DNA of 64,000 nucleotides from Candidatus Poribacteria bacterium (GTDB lineage Bacteria > Poribacteria > WGA-4E > WGA-3G). The notes under the pieces are model-generated. The model was not told the DNA's origin, did not search any database, and saw nothing but the letters and a program-made list of their open reading frames with translations. A program made the position numbers and the translations under genes. Shown one piece after another: positions 19,473 to 29,690 of this stretch. The stretch lies in contig OZ251518.1 in assembly GCA_965242965.1 (NCBI GenBank), forward strand, positions 2,976,001 to 3,040,000, written 5' to 3'. Each line of letters opens with the position of its first letter. The stretch's first letter is position 1.

Positions 19473-19586
19473 GAGAATCTCTCCTTTTTTCTTGCAAACT
19501 TCGCGTTAAAATGATATAACATTATAGCAGCGGATGAAAAAATATGCAATAACCGAAACGAACTCTTCTCAGCGAGGTATCTCATC

Positions 19587-20192
19587 ATGACGTATAGGAA
19601 TTGGACCTTAGGAACAGTGCGGAAAGAGTTTGAGCTTGCAACAGTTCAGGCGCGAGGCATCTTTGCTGAAACCGAGCCGGTGGCACCGAGCGCAGACCTC
19701 GCCAAAGCACTGGCAAAAAAGACACCGTTAGCCTTCGCTATCGGGACGGAGAAGGCGAAATCCGAACTAATTGTCGCCGATGTGCTCGTTGAACTCCGCG
19801 AACACTTCAAGCAGCGCATAAGTCTCTTTTCGGGGATTGACTTCAACGTAGATATGGACAACGGCTTGGCCGGTGTCTGCGATTTTTTGATAAGCCTGTC
19901 GCCAGCTCAGTTTTCTATGGAGGCACCTGTCATCGTCCTTGTAGAGGCGAAAAGAGATAATTTGACAGAAGGGCTCGGACAGTGCGCTGCGGAGATGGTG
20001 GCGGCGCAACGCTTCAACGCCGAAGAAGGGAATGACATTCCTCGCGTTTATGGCGGTATCACATCAGGCCTAAATTGGCTCTTCCTGAAATTGGAGGGGC
20101 AGCAACTTCACATTGACATGAACGCCTACCAACTCTCGCAGTGCGACAAAGTTCTAGGTATCCTCGCCAGCATGGTAGAACAAACGGCGTGA
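19587..20192 (+). CDS. PD-(D/E)XK restriction-endonuclease-fold hypothetical protein, copy 1
   Basis: TEKAKSELIV, GVCDFLIS, VLVEAK, GLGQCAAEM, VYGGITSG..WLFLKL. Confidence 0.7.
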   Translation: MTYRNWTLGTVRKEFELATVQARGIFAETEPVAPSADLAKALAKKTPLAFAIGTEKAKSELIVADVLVELREHFKQRISLFSGIDFNVDMDNGLAGVCDFLISLSPAQFSMEAPVIVLVEAKRDNLTEGLGQCAAEMVAAQRFNAEEGNDIPRVYGGITSGLNWLFLKLEGQQLHIDMNAYQLSQCDKVLGILASMVEQTA

Positions 20193-20287
20193 GATGTGTC
20201 ACAATCCTAACGGACGGCGCGCCTGTCATCCCAACAAAGACCGGGCCCGACATCGTTGCGCAAACTCTTCTCACGGAGGAACTCATC

Positions 20288-20893
20288 ATGGCGTATAGCA
20301 ATTGGACTTTGGATACGGTGCGAGAAGCATTTCACCTTGAAGAAATTGATGTCGCAGGACTTTTCGCTGACTGTGAGCCTGTGAACCCGAGTGAACTTCT
20401 TGTGATGACGTTGGAGCGGAATGTGCCGTTAGCTACCACTATCGGTTCAGAGAAGGCGAAATCCGAACTGATTATTGTGAATGTGCTGATTGAACTTCGA
20501 GAGCACTTTGAGCAGCGCATAAGTCTCTTTTCGGGGATTGACTTCAACGTAGATATGGACAACGGCTTGGCCGGTGTCTGCGATTTTTTAATCAGCCTGT
20601 CGCCGCGGCAATTTTCTTTGGAGGCTCCTATCATCGTCCTTGTTGAAGCAAAAAACGATAACCTTGAAGCCGGGCTTGGGCAATGTGTCACAGAAATGGT
20701 AGCCGCGCAACGCTTTAATGCCCAAAACGGAAATGAGATTCCTTGCGTTTATGGGGCCACCACGACAGGCGTGACGTGGCGATTCCTCAAATTGGAGGGA
20801 GAGAAACTCTACATGGATATGGGAGTCTACACACTTGACAGGTGTGACAAACTCCTCGGCATTCTCGTCAGTATGGTAGAACAAACGGCGTGA
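20288..20893 (+). CDS. PD-(D/E)XK-fold hypothetical protein, copy 2
   Basis: Same motifs; 606 bp; starts 701 bp after copy 1; GGAGG RBS. Confidence 0.7.
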   Translation: MAYSNWTLDTVREAFHLEEIDVAGLFADCEPVNPSELLVMTLERNVPLATTIGSEKAKSELIIVNVLIELREHFEQRISLFSGIDFNVDMDNGLAGVCDFLISLSPRQFSLEAPIIVLVEAKNDNLEAGLGQCVTEMVAAQRFNAQNGNEIPCVYGATTTGVTWRFLKLEGEKLYMDMGVYTLDRCDKLLGILVSMVEQTA

Positions 20894-20988
20894 GATGTGT
20901 CACAATCCTAACGGACGGCGCGCCTGTCATCCCAACAAAGACCGGGCCCGACATCGTTGCGCGAACTCTTCACACGGAGGAACTCATC

Positions 20989-21594
20989 ATGGCGTATAGC
21001 AATTGGACTTTGGATACGGTGCGGGAAGCATTTCACCTTGAAGAACTTGATTTTCAAGGCATCTTTGCCGACATTGAACCAGTTGAACCGAGCGCAGAAC
21101 TTACCAAGGCGTTAGCGAAAAAAGCACCGTTAGCTGTCGCTATCGGAACAGAGAAGGCGAAATCCGAACTGATTGTCGCCGATGTGCTCGTTGAACTCCG
21201 CGAACACTTCAACCGGCGTATCAGTCTCTTTTCAGGGATTGACTTTACCGTTGAGCCCGCAAACGATTTGAACGGCGTATGCGATTTTTTGATCAGTTTG
21301 TCCCCACGGCAATTCTCTTTGGAAGCTCCAGTCATTGTCCTTGTAGAGGCGAAAGACGATAATCTGGAGATGGGGCTTGGGCAGTGTGTTGCGGAGATGG
21401 TGGCGGCGCAACGCTTCAACGCGGAAAAAGGGAATGACATTCCTCGCGTTTATGGAGCCACGACGACAGGGATACTCTGGCTTTTCCTGAAATTGGAGGG
21501 GCAGCAACTCCACATTGACATGAACGCCTATCAAATTTCGCAGTGCGACAAAGTTCTGGGTATCCTCGCCAGCATGGTAGAACAAACGGCGTGA
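20989..21594 (+). CDS. PD-(D/E)XK-fold hypothetical protein, copy 3
   Basis: Same motifs; 606 bp; starts 701 bp after copy 2. Confidence 0.7.
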   Translation: MAYSNWTLDTVREAFHLEELDFQGIFADIEPVEPSAELTKALAKKAPLAVAIGTEKAKSELIVADVLVELREHFNRRISLFSGIDFTVEPANDLNGVCDFLISLSPRQFSLEAPVIVLVEAKDDNLEMGLGQCVAEMVAAQRFNAEKGNDIPRVYGATTTGILWLFLKLEGQQLHIDMNAYQISQCDKVLGILASMVEQTA

Positions 21595-21616
21595 GGTATC
21601 TTTGAGAGGACTCACG

Positions 21617-23176
21617 ATGACAATTTTCTCAAAACCGACATGGCTCCTAGGCGCGCTCATTATCGCCTATCTGCTACCGATCTGGCTCTTCCCCTATTTC
21701 CCAACCCAGGACGGCGTGAGCCACGTCTATAACTCGCAGATTTTAACCGAATACCGCAATCCCGACTACGAATTCCGCGCCTATTACGAGATTAATGGGT
21801 ATCCGTTCCCGAACTGGCTATCGCATTTCGCGTTAGCGATGCTGATGTTTGTCTTCCCACCGCTCATCGCAGAAAAGGTGTTTCTGAGCCTCTACGTTAT
21901 CTTTTTCCCGCTGGCGATGCGCTATTTTCTCAATGCCGTGCAGTCGGGACGGCACTCGCTGGTAATCCTCAGTTTCACCTTTATCTACAACTACCTCCTT
22001 TTGATGGGGTTCTATAACTTCGCCGTGAGTGTGCCGCTCTTCTTCCTTACCCTGGGGTATTGGTATCGACATCGGGACGCGCTGAATGTCAAACGCGCAG
22101 TGTTGCTGAACCTGCTCATCGTCATCACCTATTTTGCGCACCTCATTTCCTATGCGTTCAGTTTGTTCTCAATCGCGCTGTTATCCGTGCTTCATTTTTA
22201 CCGCGTATCCGAACAGGGAGAACCCGCCTCTCGGTTTAGGCAAGCCTTGCGCCCGGTTCTCCGGACAGGGCTCTCTGTCTTACCCGCAGCACTGCTGTTG
22301 CTTGTCTACCTTCCAACATCAGATTTGTTGGCAGGCGAGCCCCCGGAATTCGGACTGAGCCGCGTTGGTGAATTGTTGGATAACCTCCTCGGATTGAAAG
22401 TGCTAATCGCCTTTAACGAAGCGCAGGGACTGATTGCTTACGCTGTCGTCGCCATTCTGATTTTTCTTGCCGTGTGGACATTTTGGAAAAATTGGGAAAA
22501 TAGGAAAACCCCTCCTGTGAATGCCCGCAGTGCCTTCCTCATCCTATTCGGTGTGCTTTTCGGGTTGTATCTCATCTTGCCGAATTCCATTGGACCGGGG
22601 GGTTGGGTAAACGATAGACTCGCCATTCTCGCCACACTGACGCTATTCGCGTGGTTTCGTGAAAGTGATAAACCGCGGTGGCGACGCGTTTTTACCGGCA
22701 TCGTGACACTTCTCGCCTTGGTAAACGTGCTTTATATTGGGGTGCTTTGCAAAAATCTCAACGCCGAATTGCGGGAATTCAACGCCTTTGTTGGGAAGGT
22801 AGAGAAAAACAGCGTTATCCTGCCGCTCCATTTTGAGCCGAGGGGCAGTTCCCTCAAAGTCGGCATCTTCGTCAATGCCGCGAACTACTACTGTCTTGAC
22901 AACGGGGGCATTAACCTCGGCAACTACGAAGTGCAGTTTGACTATTTCCCAATTCGCTTCAACGCCGATTTTGAGACACCCATACCAGAGAAGGAGTGGG
23001 TGCAAATCGTCCATTGGCATCCCGAGGAAATTGATTTGTGCGGGTATGCCGACAACGTTGATTATCTCCTGTTGTGGGGCACCCCAGATGAACCTGTCGT
23101 CGCGGCCGCGATTGAGGCGTGTTATACCTTGATAGCCGCCGAAGGCAAGTTGAAATTATTCAGAGGAACCCGATGA
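21617..23176 (+). CDS. Polytopic membrane protein, possibly a GT-C-fold glycosyltransferase
   Basis: Many TM segments; loop motif YFPTQDGVSH after TM1; YNYLLLMGFYNF; soluble C-terminal domain. Confidence 0.55.
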   Translation: MTIFSKPTWLLGALIIAYLLPIWLFPYFPTQDGVSHVYNSQILTEYRNPDYEFRAYYEINGYPFPNWLSHFALAMLMFVFPPLIAEKVFLSLYVIFFPLAMRYFLNAVQSGRHSLVILSFTFIYNYLLLMGFYNFAVSVPLFFLTLGYWYRHRDALNVKRAVLLNLLIVITYFAHLISYAFSLFSIALLSVLHFYRVSEQGEPASRFRQALRPVLRTGLSVLPAALLLLVYLPTSDLLAGEPPEFGLSRVGELLDNLLGLKVLIAFNEAQGLIAYAVVAILIFLAVWTFWKNWENRKTPPVNARSAFLILFGVLFGLYLILPNSIGPGGWVNDRLAILATLTLFAWFRESDKPRWRRVFTGIVTLLALVNVLYIGVLCKNLNAELREFNAFVGKVEKNSVILPLHFEPRGSSLKVGIFVNAANYYCLDNGGINLGNYEVQFDYFPIRFNADFETPIPEKEWVQIVHWHPEEIDLCGYADNVDYLLLWGTPDEPVVAAAIEACYTLIAAEGKLKLFRGTR

Positions 23177-24426
23177 AAAACATATCGTTCTACAAACGCC
23201 GCAAACTGAACAGCGTGTTACCCGCACGCCGTTTCTTACATATCGCTTTTTGCATAAGCATGCTCATTGTAGGTGCCCCCTTCTTGGCAGAGGCGCAATT
23301 CCAGAGTGAATTCGGGCAAAACCTCCTAGAAAAAAGGGAGGAAACTGCCGAGGCGGAGCGAGCAGAACTCACAATTGATTATCACTTCTCCAACACATTC
23401 AACAATCACATTGAACTCGGGCTAAGCGTCGATCCTTACACGAGCAGCCTCGCCGGACAAGAGAGTCCACAGTTGGAAGGGCTCATCCAGCGCGCCGGTG
23501 TTAACTTACGCGGCGAATTGCCCATAGCGAACAGTTTCCGAATCAACCTGCAATACGCGCCGCAAATCGAAAACTATACCGGTGCCCAAGGAAAACTGGA
23601 CGAATTTGACGCTTTCAACGATGCCTTCTTGACAGAGTTCAGTTTCCTACCGGCGGAAGGGTTACCACCCATCGTCGCCTCGCATCAGTTTCAACGCTTG
23701 GCGCGGACATCGCCTGTTTACAACAACACCGAAAGGCAATTCGGACTTCGGTTCGGACGCGTGCTGGAATATCAGCTGCGCATCCACCGCTTTGACGATG
23801 AAAGTTCCCTCCGAGAAGACTTTCTGCTCATCGGTTCAACCATGCACAAAAGCACCGCCCGACTGCAATTCAGTTTGCCAAGACAGATGCTTGTCAAAAC
23901 CGAATACGGACTGGAGTACGGAAGTTACCAAACTAACTTGAACAACCTCATTTTAGGCGTTACCGGACTTGCAGATGACGAACGCCGGCGCGATTGGCGG
24001 CATTACGGTTCGGCGAAGGTGCTACAAGTAGCAGCAGAACGCCTCGTTTTTCAGGAAGAATTCAACCTCTTTCTGAACCGTTCCAACGTCAATTTCTTCA
24101 ATTTCGCCAGTGCCGAAGCCGCGCTAAGCGCGTTTTATCGGGTGGATACCGCGCGATGGTTTCGGCTGCGGTTCTCTCGGCTGTGGTTGCGATTTGAAGA
24201 TAGACAGATTCGCGATGAAACTGGGCTGAGTCCAGAAAACGCGCCGAACCGCAGCGATACGCAATTCGGCGTGATGGCACAAGCGAATTGGCAATTCCGT
24301 TCCTATCTCACCTTGAATGCCGAGTATCAGTTCACACAAAACCGCACAAATGAGGAAGACTTGCTGCTGGATTTCCTCAACTATCAGCATCATGTCGTGA
24401 GTGTGACGTTTCGGGGGAATTATTGA
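23173..24426 (+). CDS. Putative outer-membrane beta-barrel protein
   Basis: Signal peptide ending AEA; amphipathic beta strands; C-terminal aromatic (..VSVTFRGNY); ATGA overlap with the upstream gene. Confidence 0.6.
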   Translation: MKNISFYKRRKLNSVLPARRFLHIAFCISMLIVGAPFLAEAQFQSEFGQNLLEKREETAEAERAELTIDYHFSNTFNNHIELGLSVDPYTSSLAGQESPQLEGLIQRAGVNLRGELPIANSFRINLQYAPQIENYTGAQGKLDEFDAFNDAFLTEFSFLPAEGLPPIVASHQFQRLARTSPVYNNTERQFGLRFGRVLEYQLRIHRFDDESSLREDFLLIGSTMHKSTARLQFSLPRQMLVKTEYGLEYGSYQTNLNNLILGVTGLADDERRRDWRHYGSAKVLQVAAERLVFQEEFNLFLNRSNVNFFNFASAEAALSAFYRVDTARWFRLRFSRLWLRFEDRQIRDETGLSPENAPNRSDTQFGVMAQANWQFRSYLTLNAEYQFTQNRTNEEDLLLDFLNYQHHVVSVTFRGNY

Positions 24427-24635
24427 AGACGCTATCGCTTTTTCTATGCGCGAGGGCCTGTCCCGCGTGGGCACCCGAATCGAGACAGGGAGGGCTCTCC
24501 TACCCAGGGCAGCGGAGAATTGAATGGTTCTGGAGCAAATCCTAATTTCACTTGCAATGTTTATGAAAATTATGATACAATAAATTAATTCTAACCGATG
24601 TTAGACACCGCGCGCAACGCGGAAAGGAACAGAAC

Positions 24636-27600
24636 ATGAATCCCACAACCAATTGGCTCACACATGTGCCTGAAGAGCAACACGCTCTTCTCGCGCAAGT
24701 TACACGTGAAGTCGCAGAAAACGCAGGGCTGCAACAGAACGAGGTTGAACGGCGGTTAAAAGTGCTTGCCGGTGACGATGCCGGCACGCAAGCCGCCTTC
24801 GCACAACTCGCCACACCGATGCTCGTGCAGGCACTCGATTCGCCCAGTGCAATTGCAGCCTTGAACCACTTCTCTCGGTTTGCAGAAGCAGCATTCAGTC
24901 AAGAGTGGCTCTATGAACTGTTAGTCAACACCCCCGAGCTCACGCGGCGCGTGCTGCAGAGTCTCGGTGCCTCCTCGTATCTGTCGGATATCCTCATCCG
25001 CAACCCCGAATTCTTCTTTGACATCCTGAATCCGAGCATCATGGAAGTCACTAAAACGCGGCAGTTCTATTACGATGAGCTCGGCGAACTGCTTGAAGAA
25101 GTGCCGGAACTTGATGGCAAGCTCAACGAGATGCGCCGCTATAAACGGCTAGAGAGCCTCCGCATCGGCGTACGCGACCTGCTTGAAATCGCGAACCTTG
25201 AGACTGTCACGTTAGAGTTGAGCGGGCTTGCAGACTCGACGTTACAGCACTGTTATGAGCTCGGCCGTGATGTCGTATTGAAACCGAAATTCGGCACCCC
25301 GCTGAACGAAGATGGCGACGCGCCTGCCGAGTTCGTCGTCATCGGCATGGGGAAACTCGGCGGTTCTGAACTCAATTTTAGTTCCGACATCGATCTACTC
25401 TTCGTCTATTCAGACGACGGCTACACCGACACTGGCACGCCGAATTATCAGTATTACGCGCGGTTGTGCGAGTTTATCATCAAGGCGATGAGCGAGATAA
25501 AGTCTGAGGGATACGTCTTCCGCGTCGATATCCGCTTACGTCCCGAAAGCAGTGCCGGCGTGATTGCCCGTTCGATGGAAAGTTATGAGAGCTATTACGA
25601 AGGCTGGGGCGAACTTTGGGAACGGCAAGCGTTGATTAAGGCGCGCCCCGTTGCAGGCGATGTTGACACCCTCGGACACGAGTTCATCCAGATGATCCAC
25701 CCGTTTGTCTATCAACGCTATTTAGATGGCGTGACGTTGAGCGAAATTAAGGCGGACATTCGGGGGACGAAGGCGCGCATCGAGGAACGCATCGTGAGTG
25801 AAAAGGGGGATTTGCAGAAGCACATCAAACTCGGGCCCGGTGCAATTCGGGATATTGAGTTTACCTGCCAGTGCCTCCAGATGATTCACGGTGGCAAGCG
25901 CAAGTCGCTCTGCTCGCAGAATACGTTGGAGACGCTCGCGGCGTTGGAAGAATGCGAGTTGCTGAGTCCGGACGATGTAGAAGCAATGGCAAGCGCGTAT
26001 CGGTTTCTACGCACGGTAGAACACCGCATCCAAATTGAAGCAGACCAGCAGCGTTACTCCATTCCTGATAAAGAGGAAGAAGAACGCGAACTCGCTCGGC
26101 GCAGCGGCTATCGAAGCACGAAAGATGGTGATGAATTGGAGGCGTTTCGGCGGCAGCACCGTGCGCATACCGAACGCGTCCGAGCCATCTTTGAAGAGGT
26201 AACCGCAACCGCGCTGCAACATGAGGAGACCGGGGTGGATATCGGCGTGTTGCTTGCAGAAGACGAGACGCAGCAACTTGACGAACTCCTCCGTTCTTAC
26301 GGCTTTGAGAATGTGAAGGAGGCGCAGCGGTTGCTGAAACGGCTCGCGAACGGCGGCGATGGTATCCAGTTTTCGCCGGGGGTGCGGCGTTCCTTCTTTA
26401 CCCTCGCGCCAACGCTCCTGAACATCTTGCGTGACTCGCCGAATCCGGATGTCGCACTCCGGTACCTCTCCGCATTTGCGGATAAGGTCGGCGCGCGGAG
26501 CAGTTACTACACGATGTTCCTTGAGAAGCCCTCAACGCTTGAGGCGCTCACCGGTGTCTGCGGCACAAGTCTTTACCTCGCCGAGCTGCTCGTCGGGAGC
26601 CCGGAACTCTTCGACCTGCTCACGGTGCCTGATTTGGTAGAACGCGCCAAGACGCTGGAGGAAAAACAGGCGGAGGCACTCAAGGTTGTGGAAACCGCGC
26701 CATCCGACAAGATGCTGCCCCTCTTACGGCGGTATAAGAACGACGAAATCTGGCGCATCGCCTTGCGGAATATCCTCGGCAATGCCTCGCTACCGACCAC
26801 AACGACAGAACTTTCTGACCTGGCTGAGGCGGTCACGCAGGCACTTTACCCGCAAGTGGAAGCGCAGATTCGCGAGGAGCACGGTATCCCCCTGGATGCC
26901 GATGGAAACCCAGTGACGTTCGCGGTTATCGGCCTCGGCAAGTTTGGCGGCAGGGAGCTCAACTTCAGTTCCGATTTGGACATCCTGTTTGTCTATTCGG
27001 AAGATGGCGAGACGACGAAAGGCACGCCGAACGTGAACTATTTCTCTGCACTCGGATTGGAGCTGGTAAAGCAGCTCGCGGGCGACCAGGGGATGAGTAT
27101 CTATGAACTCGATCTTCGGCTTCGGCCGCACGGGAAAGGCGGCGCGATTGCAATGCCCTTGGCCGGGTATCAGCACTACTACGATACCACAGCGCTGATT
27201 TGGGAACGGCAGGCATTGACACGCGCCAGACCGGTTGCTGGCGACACGGAGGGTGTGGGCGCGCGGTTCTTGGAAATTGCACACGGGTTCGCATACGGAC
27301 AACCGCTCACGCAGGAAGGCATCGCCGAAATTGTCCGCACGCGACAACGGAAGGAGGCACAAGCCACCCGGAAACCGACGACACGCCGCAGGCGCCGCAG
27401 ACAAACGACGACTCCCGCACCCAATGTGAAGTCCGGTTATGGCGGCCTCGTGGACATTGAATTCGCCTTGCAGACGCTGCAACTCGTTCATGGAACCGAT
27501 GAGCCTGCCATTCGGGAGCAAAACACGCTCCTTGCGGCTGACAGATTGCACGATATCGGCGTGCTAACAGCCGAACAGCGAGATCGCGTGACAGAAGCGT

Positions 27601-27818
27601 ATCAATATCTCCGGCGCGTTGAGAACGCCCTACGGATTGTGCATGACCGGCCGTTGGATGCATTACCGACGAATCGTTCGGAATTGGAGCAGTTGGCGCG
27701 GCGGCTTGGGTACCCGCATACCGACGACAATCCGGCGGATGCAGCGTTTCTGAAGGATTACGGCCAGTGGACAGAAACGACGCGCGCGCTGTTTAATGAG
27801 CTCCTAGTGAGTAAGTAG
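24636..27818 (+). CDS. glnE: Bifunctional glutamine synthetase adenylyltransferase/adenylyl-removing enzyme
   Basis: Two nucleotidyltransferase domains: GMGKLGGSELNFSSDIDL and GLGKFGGRELNFSSDLDI; D(I/L)RLRP; WERQAL twice. Confidence 0.95.
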   Translation: MNPTTNWLTHVPEEQHALLAQVTREVAENAGLQQNEVERRLKVLAGDDAGTQAAFAQLATPMLVQALDSPSAIAALNHFSRFAEAAFSQEWLYELLVNTPELTRRVLQSLGASSYLSDILIRNPEFFFDILNPSIMEVTKTRQFYYDELGELLEEVPELDGKLNEMRRYKRLESLRIGVRDLLEIANLETVTLELSGLADSTLQHCYELGRDVVLKPKFGTPLNEDGDAPAEFVVIGMGKLGGSELNFSSDIDLLFVYSDDGYTDTGTPNYQYYARLCEFIIKAMSEIKSEGYVFRVDIRLRPESSAGVIARSMESYESYYEGWGELWERQALIKARPVAGDVDTLGHEFIQMIHPFVYQRYLDGVTLSEIKADIRGTKARIEERIVSEKGDLQKHIKLGPGAIRDIEFTCQCLQMIHGGKRKSLCSQNTLETLAALEECELLSPDDVEAMASAYRFLRTVEHRIQIEADQQRYSIPDKEEEERELARRSGYRSTKDGDELEAFRRQHRAHTERVRAIFEEVTATALQHEETGVDIGVLLAEDETQQLDELLRSYGFENVKEAQRLLKRLANGGDGIQFSPGVRRSFFTLAPTLLNILRDSPNPDVALRYLSAFADKVGARSSYYTMFLEKPSTLEALTGVCGTSLYLAELLVGSPELFDLLTVPDLVERAKTLEEKQAEALKVVETAPSDKMLPLLRRYKNDEIWRIALRNILGNASLPTTTTELSDLAEAVTQALYPQVEAQIREEHGIPLDADGNPVTFAVIGLGKFGGRELNFSSDLDILFVYSEDGETTKGTPNVNYFSALGLELVKQLAGDQGMSIYELDLRLRPHGKGGAIAMPLAGYQHYYDTTALIWERQALTRARPVAGDTEGVGARFLEIAHGFAYGQPLTQEGIAEIVRTRQRKEAQATRKPTTRRRRRRQTTTPAPNVKSGYGGLVDIEFALQTLQLVHGTDEPAIREQNTLLAADRLHDIGVLTAEQRDRVTEAYQYLRRVENALRIVHDRPLDALPTNRSELEQLARRLGYPHTDDNPADAAFLKDYGQWTETTRALFNELLVSK

Positions 27819-27875
27819 CGCGATTGTTAGGAGGCGGAGCGGATAGAGACATCCGCTCCGCAGGAGGAACTGACT

Positions 27876-29552
27876 ATGGAACATCGCCAAACCAAAACCT
27901 TTGAAACCCGCGGGCCCGTGAAACCCGAACGCAACTATGTTGTCGCACGCACGGAGGAACTCGCCGATTTCATCAACCGCGTGAAAGAGGGACGTTACGT
28001 CGTCATCTTCGCGCCGCGTCAAACGGGAAAGACGACGTTCTTCCGTCGCGCCTTAGAGCTGCTTGCAACGGAAGACTCGGACTATTTTCCGCTTGCGTTG
28101 AGTTTCCAAATCTATAGCAACGCCACACCGCCTGTTTTTTACGAGAACCTTTACAAGGACATCCGTTTGTCAATCGGCCGGGTTTTTCGGCGGTGGGAAC
28201 GTGTGCCGCCGGACACTTTGACGCAGTTCTTGGACAACGCAACCTTCACAGACCACTTCTCGCTGAGACGGTTCTTTCATGGACTGCCGGACGCGCTTGA
28301 GGGGCGGCAGGTGGTGCTGGTGATTGACGAATTTGACGGCATTCCGCAAACTGTCTTGAGCGATTTTCTTTACACGCTTCGCGATATCTACCTCGAAGAC
28401 GACACATCCATGCGGTGTCCTTACAGCGTCGGCATCGTCGGCGTTAAAAGCATTACGCAGCTGAATTATGATAGGAGTATCTCGCCGTTCAATATTCAGG
28501 ATGAGTTCGCGCTGCCTAATTTCACACTCGCACAGGTGCAGGAACTCTTCGGGCAATATACCGACGAGGTGGGACAGGCGTTCGCACCGGAGACGATTGA
28601 AATGCTGCATCGGCAGACAGCGGGGCAGCCGTTTCTCGTCAACCGCCTCGCGCAAATTCTTACCGCTGAGCTGGATATCCCGAAAACGGAGACGATTACT
28701 GTCGCGCATTTTGCAAAGGCGCATGCCGCACTCCTGCGGGAACAAAACGTCAACTTCCATCATCTGACTACCAATGTCCGCCGGCATCCGCAGTTTGAAC
28801 GCGTTCTGATGAGAATTGCGACTTCGGAGAAGAAGGTGCCATTCAACGCCGGCAGTGACGTGATGAACGAACTCGTTACCTACGGTGTTATCGCCGAAGA
28901 TGCCGAGGGGAAGTGTCAGATTGTCAACCCGATTTATCAACGCCGCGTCTTACAAGCGTTCCAACCGGCGATTAACGGACTGGAGGAAGACTACTTCCCC
29001 GAAGACAGCGGTATCCAATTCTCGGATTACCTCACCGATGATGGGCACCTCGCCATGGAGCCGCTGCTGGATAACTTTCGCGACTTCATCGCGCGCATCG
29101 GATTCCGAATCCTCCAAGAACCAGACCTGCCCAGGGAATCAATTGGACAACACCTGCTGGCGACATATCTCGATGCATTCGTGCGGACGACGCGCGGGAA
29201 CATGTATCTGGAACTGCCGACAGGGCGGGGCCGGATGGATCTGGTAGTGTTGCACCGCGAGCGGAAGTATGTCGTGGAATTCAAGATATGGGGGAGTGAA
29301 CGTGAGTATCAGAGCGGCAAGAAGCAACTGGCTGCTTATCTCCAGTTAGAGGCGGCATCGGAAGGCTACTATGTCGTGTTCGACCATCGCGAGAATCCAG
29401 AGCCGCGCACGGAGACAGAGACGGTGGATGGTTCCCGTATTCGGAGTTATGTGATTCCGGTGGTGCAGGAGCGGCCGTCCGATCTGTCTGAGGAAGAGGC
29501 GGCATATCGCCGTTCGGTCTCGCAATTGGAAAATCAGCACCGTAAATTTTGA
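27876..29552 (+). CDS. AAA-like ATPase with C-terminal PD-(D/E)XK nuclease domain
   Basis: APRQTGKTT Walker A, VLVIDEFD Walker B, SPFNI; C-terminal GRGRMDLVV..VVEFK..QLAAYL. Confidence 0.8.
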   Translation: MEHRQTKTFETRGPVKPERNYVVARTEELADFINRVKEGRYVVIFAPRQTGKTTFFRRALELLATEDSDYFPLALSFQIYSNATPPVFYENLYKDIRLSIGRVFRRWERVPPDTLTQFLDNATFTDHFSLRRFFHGLPDALEGRQVVLVIDEFDGIPQTVLSDFLYTLRDIYLEDDTSMRCPYSVGIVGVKSITQLNYDRSISPFNIQDEFALPNFTLAQVQELFGQYTDEVGQAFAPETIEMLHRQTAGQPFLVNRLAQILTAELDIPKTETITVAHFAKAHAALLREQNVNFHHLTTNVRRHPQFERVLMRIATSEKKVPFNAGSDVMNELVTYGVIAEDAEGKCQIVNPIYQRRVLQAFQPAINGLEEDYFPEDSGIQFSDYLTDDGHLAMEPLLDNFRDFIARIGFRILQEPDLPRESIGQHLLATYLDAFVRTTRGNMYLELPTGRGRMDLVVLHRERKYVVEFKIWGSEREYQSGKKQLAAYLQLEAASEGYYVVFDHRENPEPRTETETVDGSRIRSYVIPVVQERPSDLSEEEAAYRRSVSQLENQHRKF

Positions 29553-29690
29553 TAATGTCAAGAGTCAAGACGCTCTGGGTGGGAAATGCTGATACACTCA
29601 CAGGTTTCACAACGCAAAAAAAATCGCGCTTGCGAAATTGCGGGAAACCTGCTAAAATTCCTACTAAATCGTTTTGACTGGAGAGGATTC

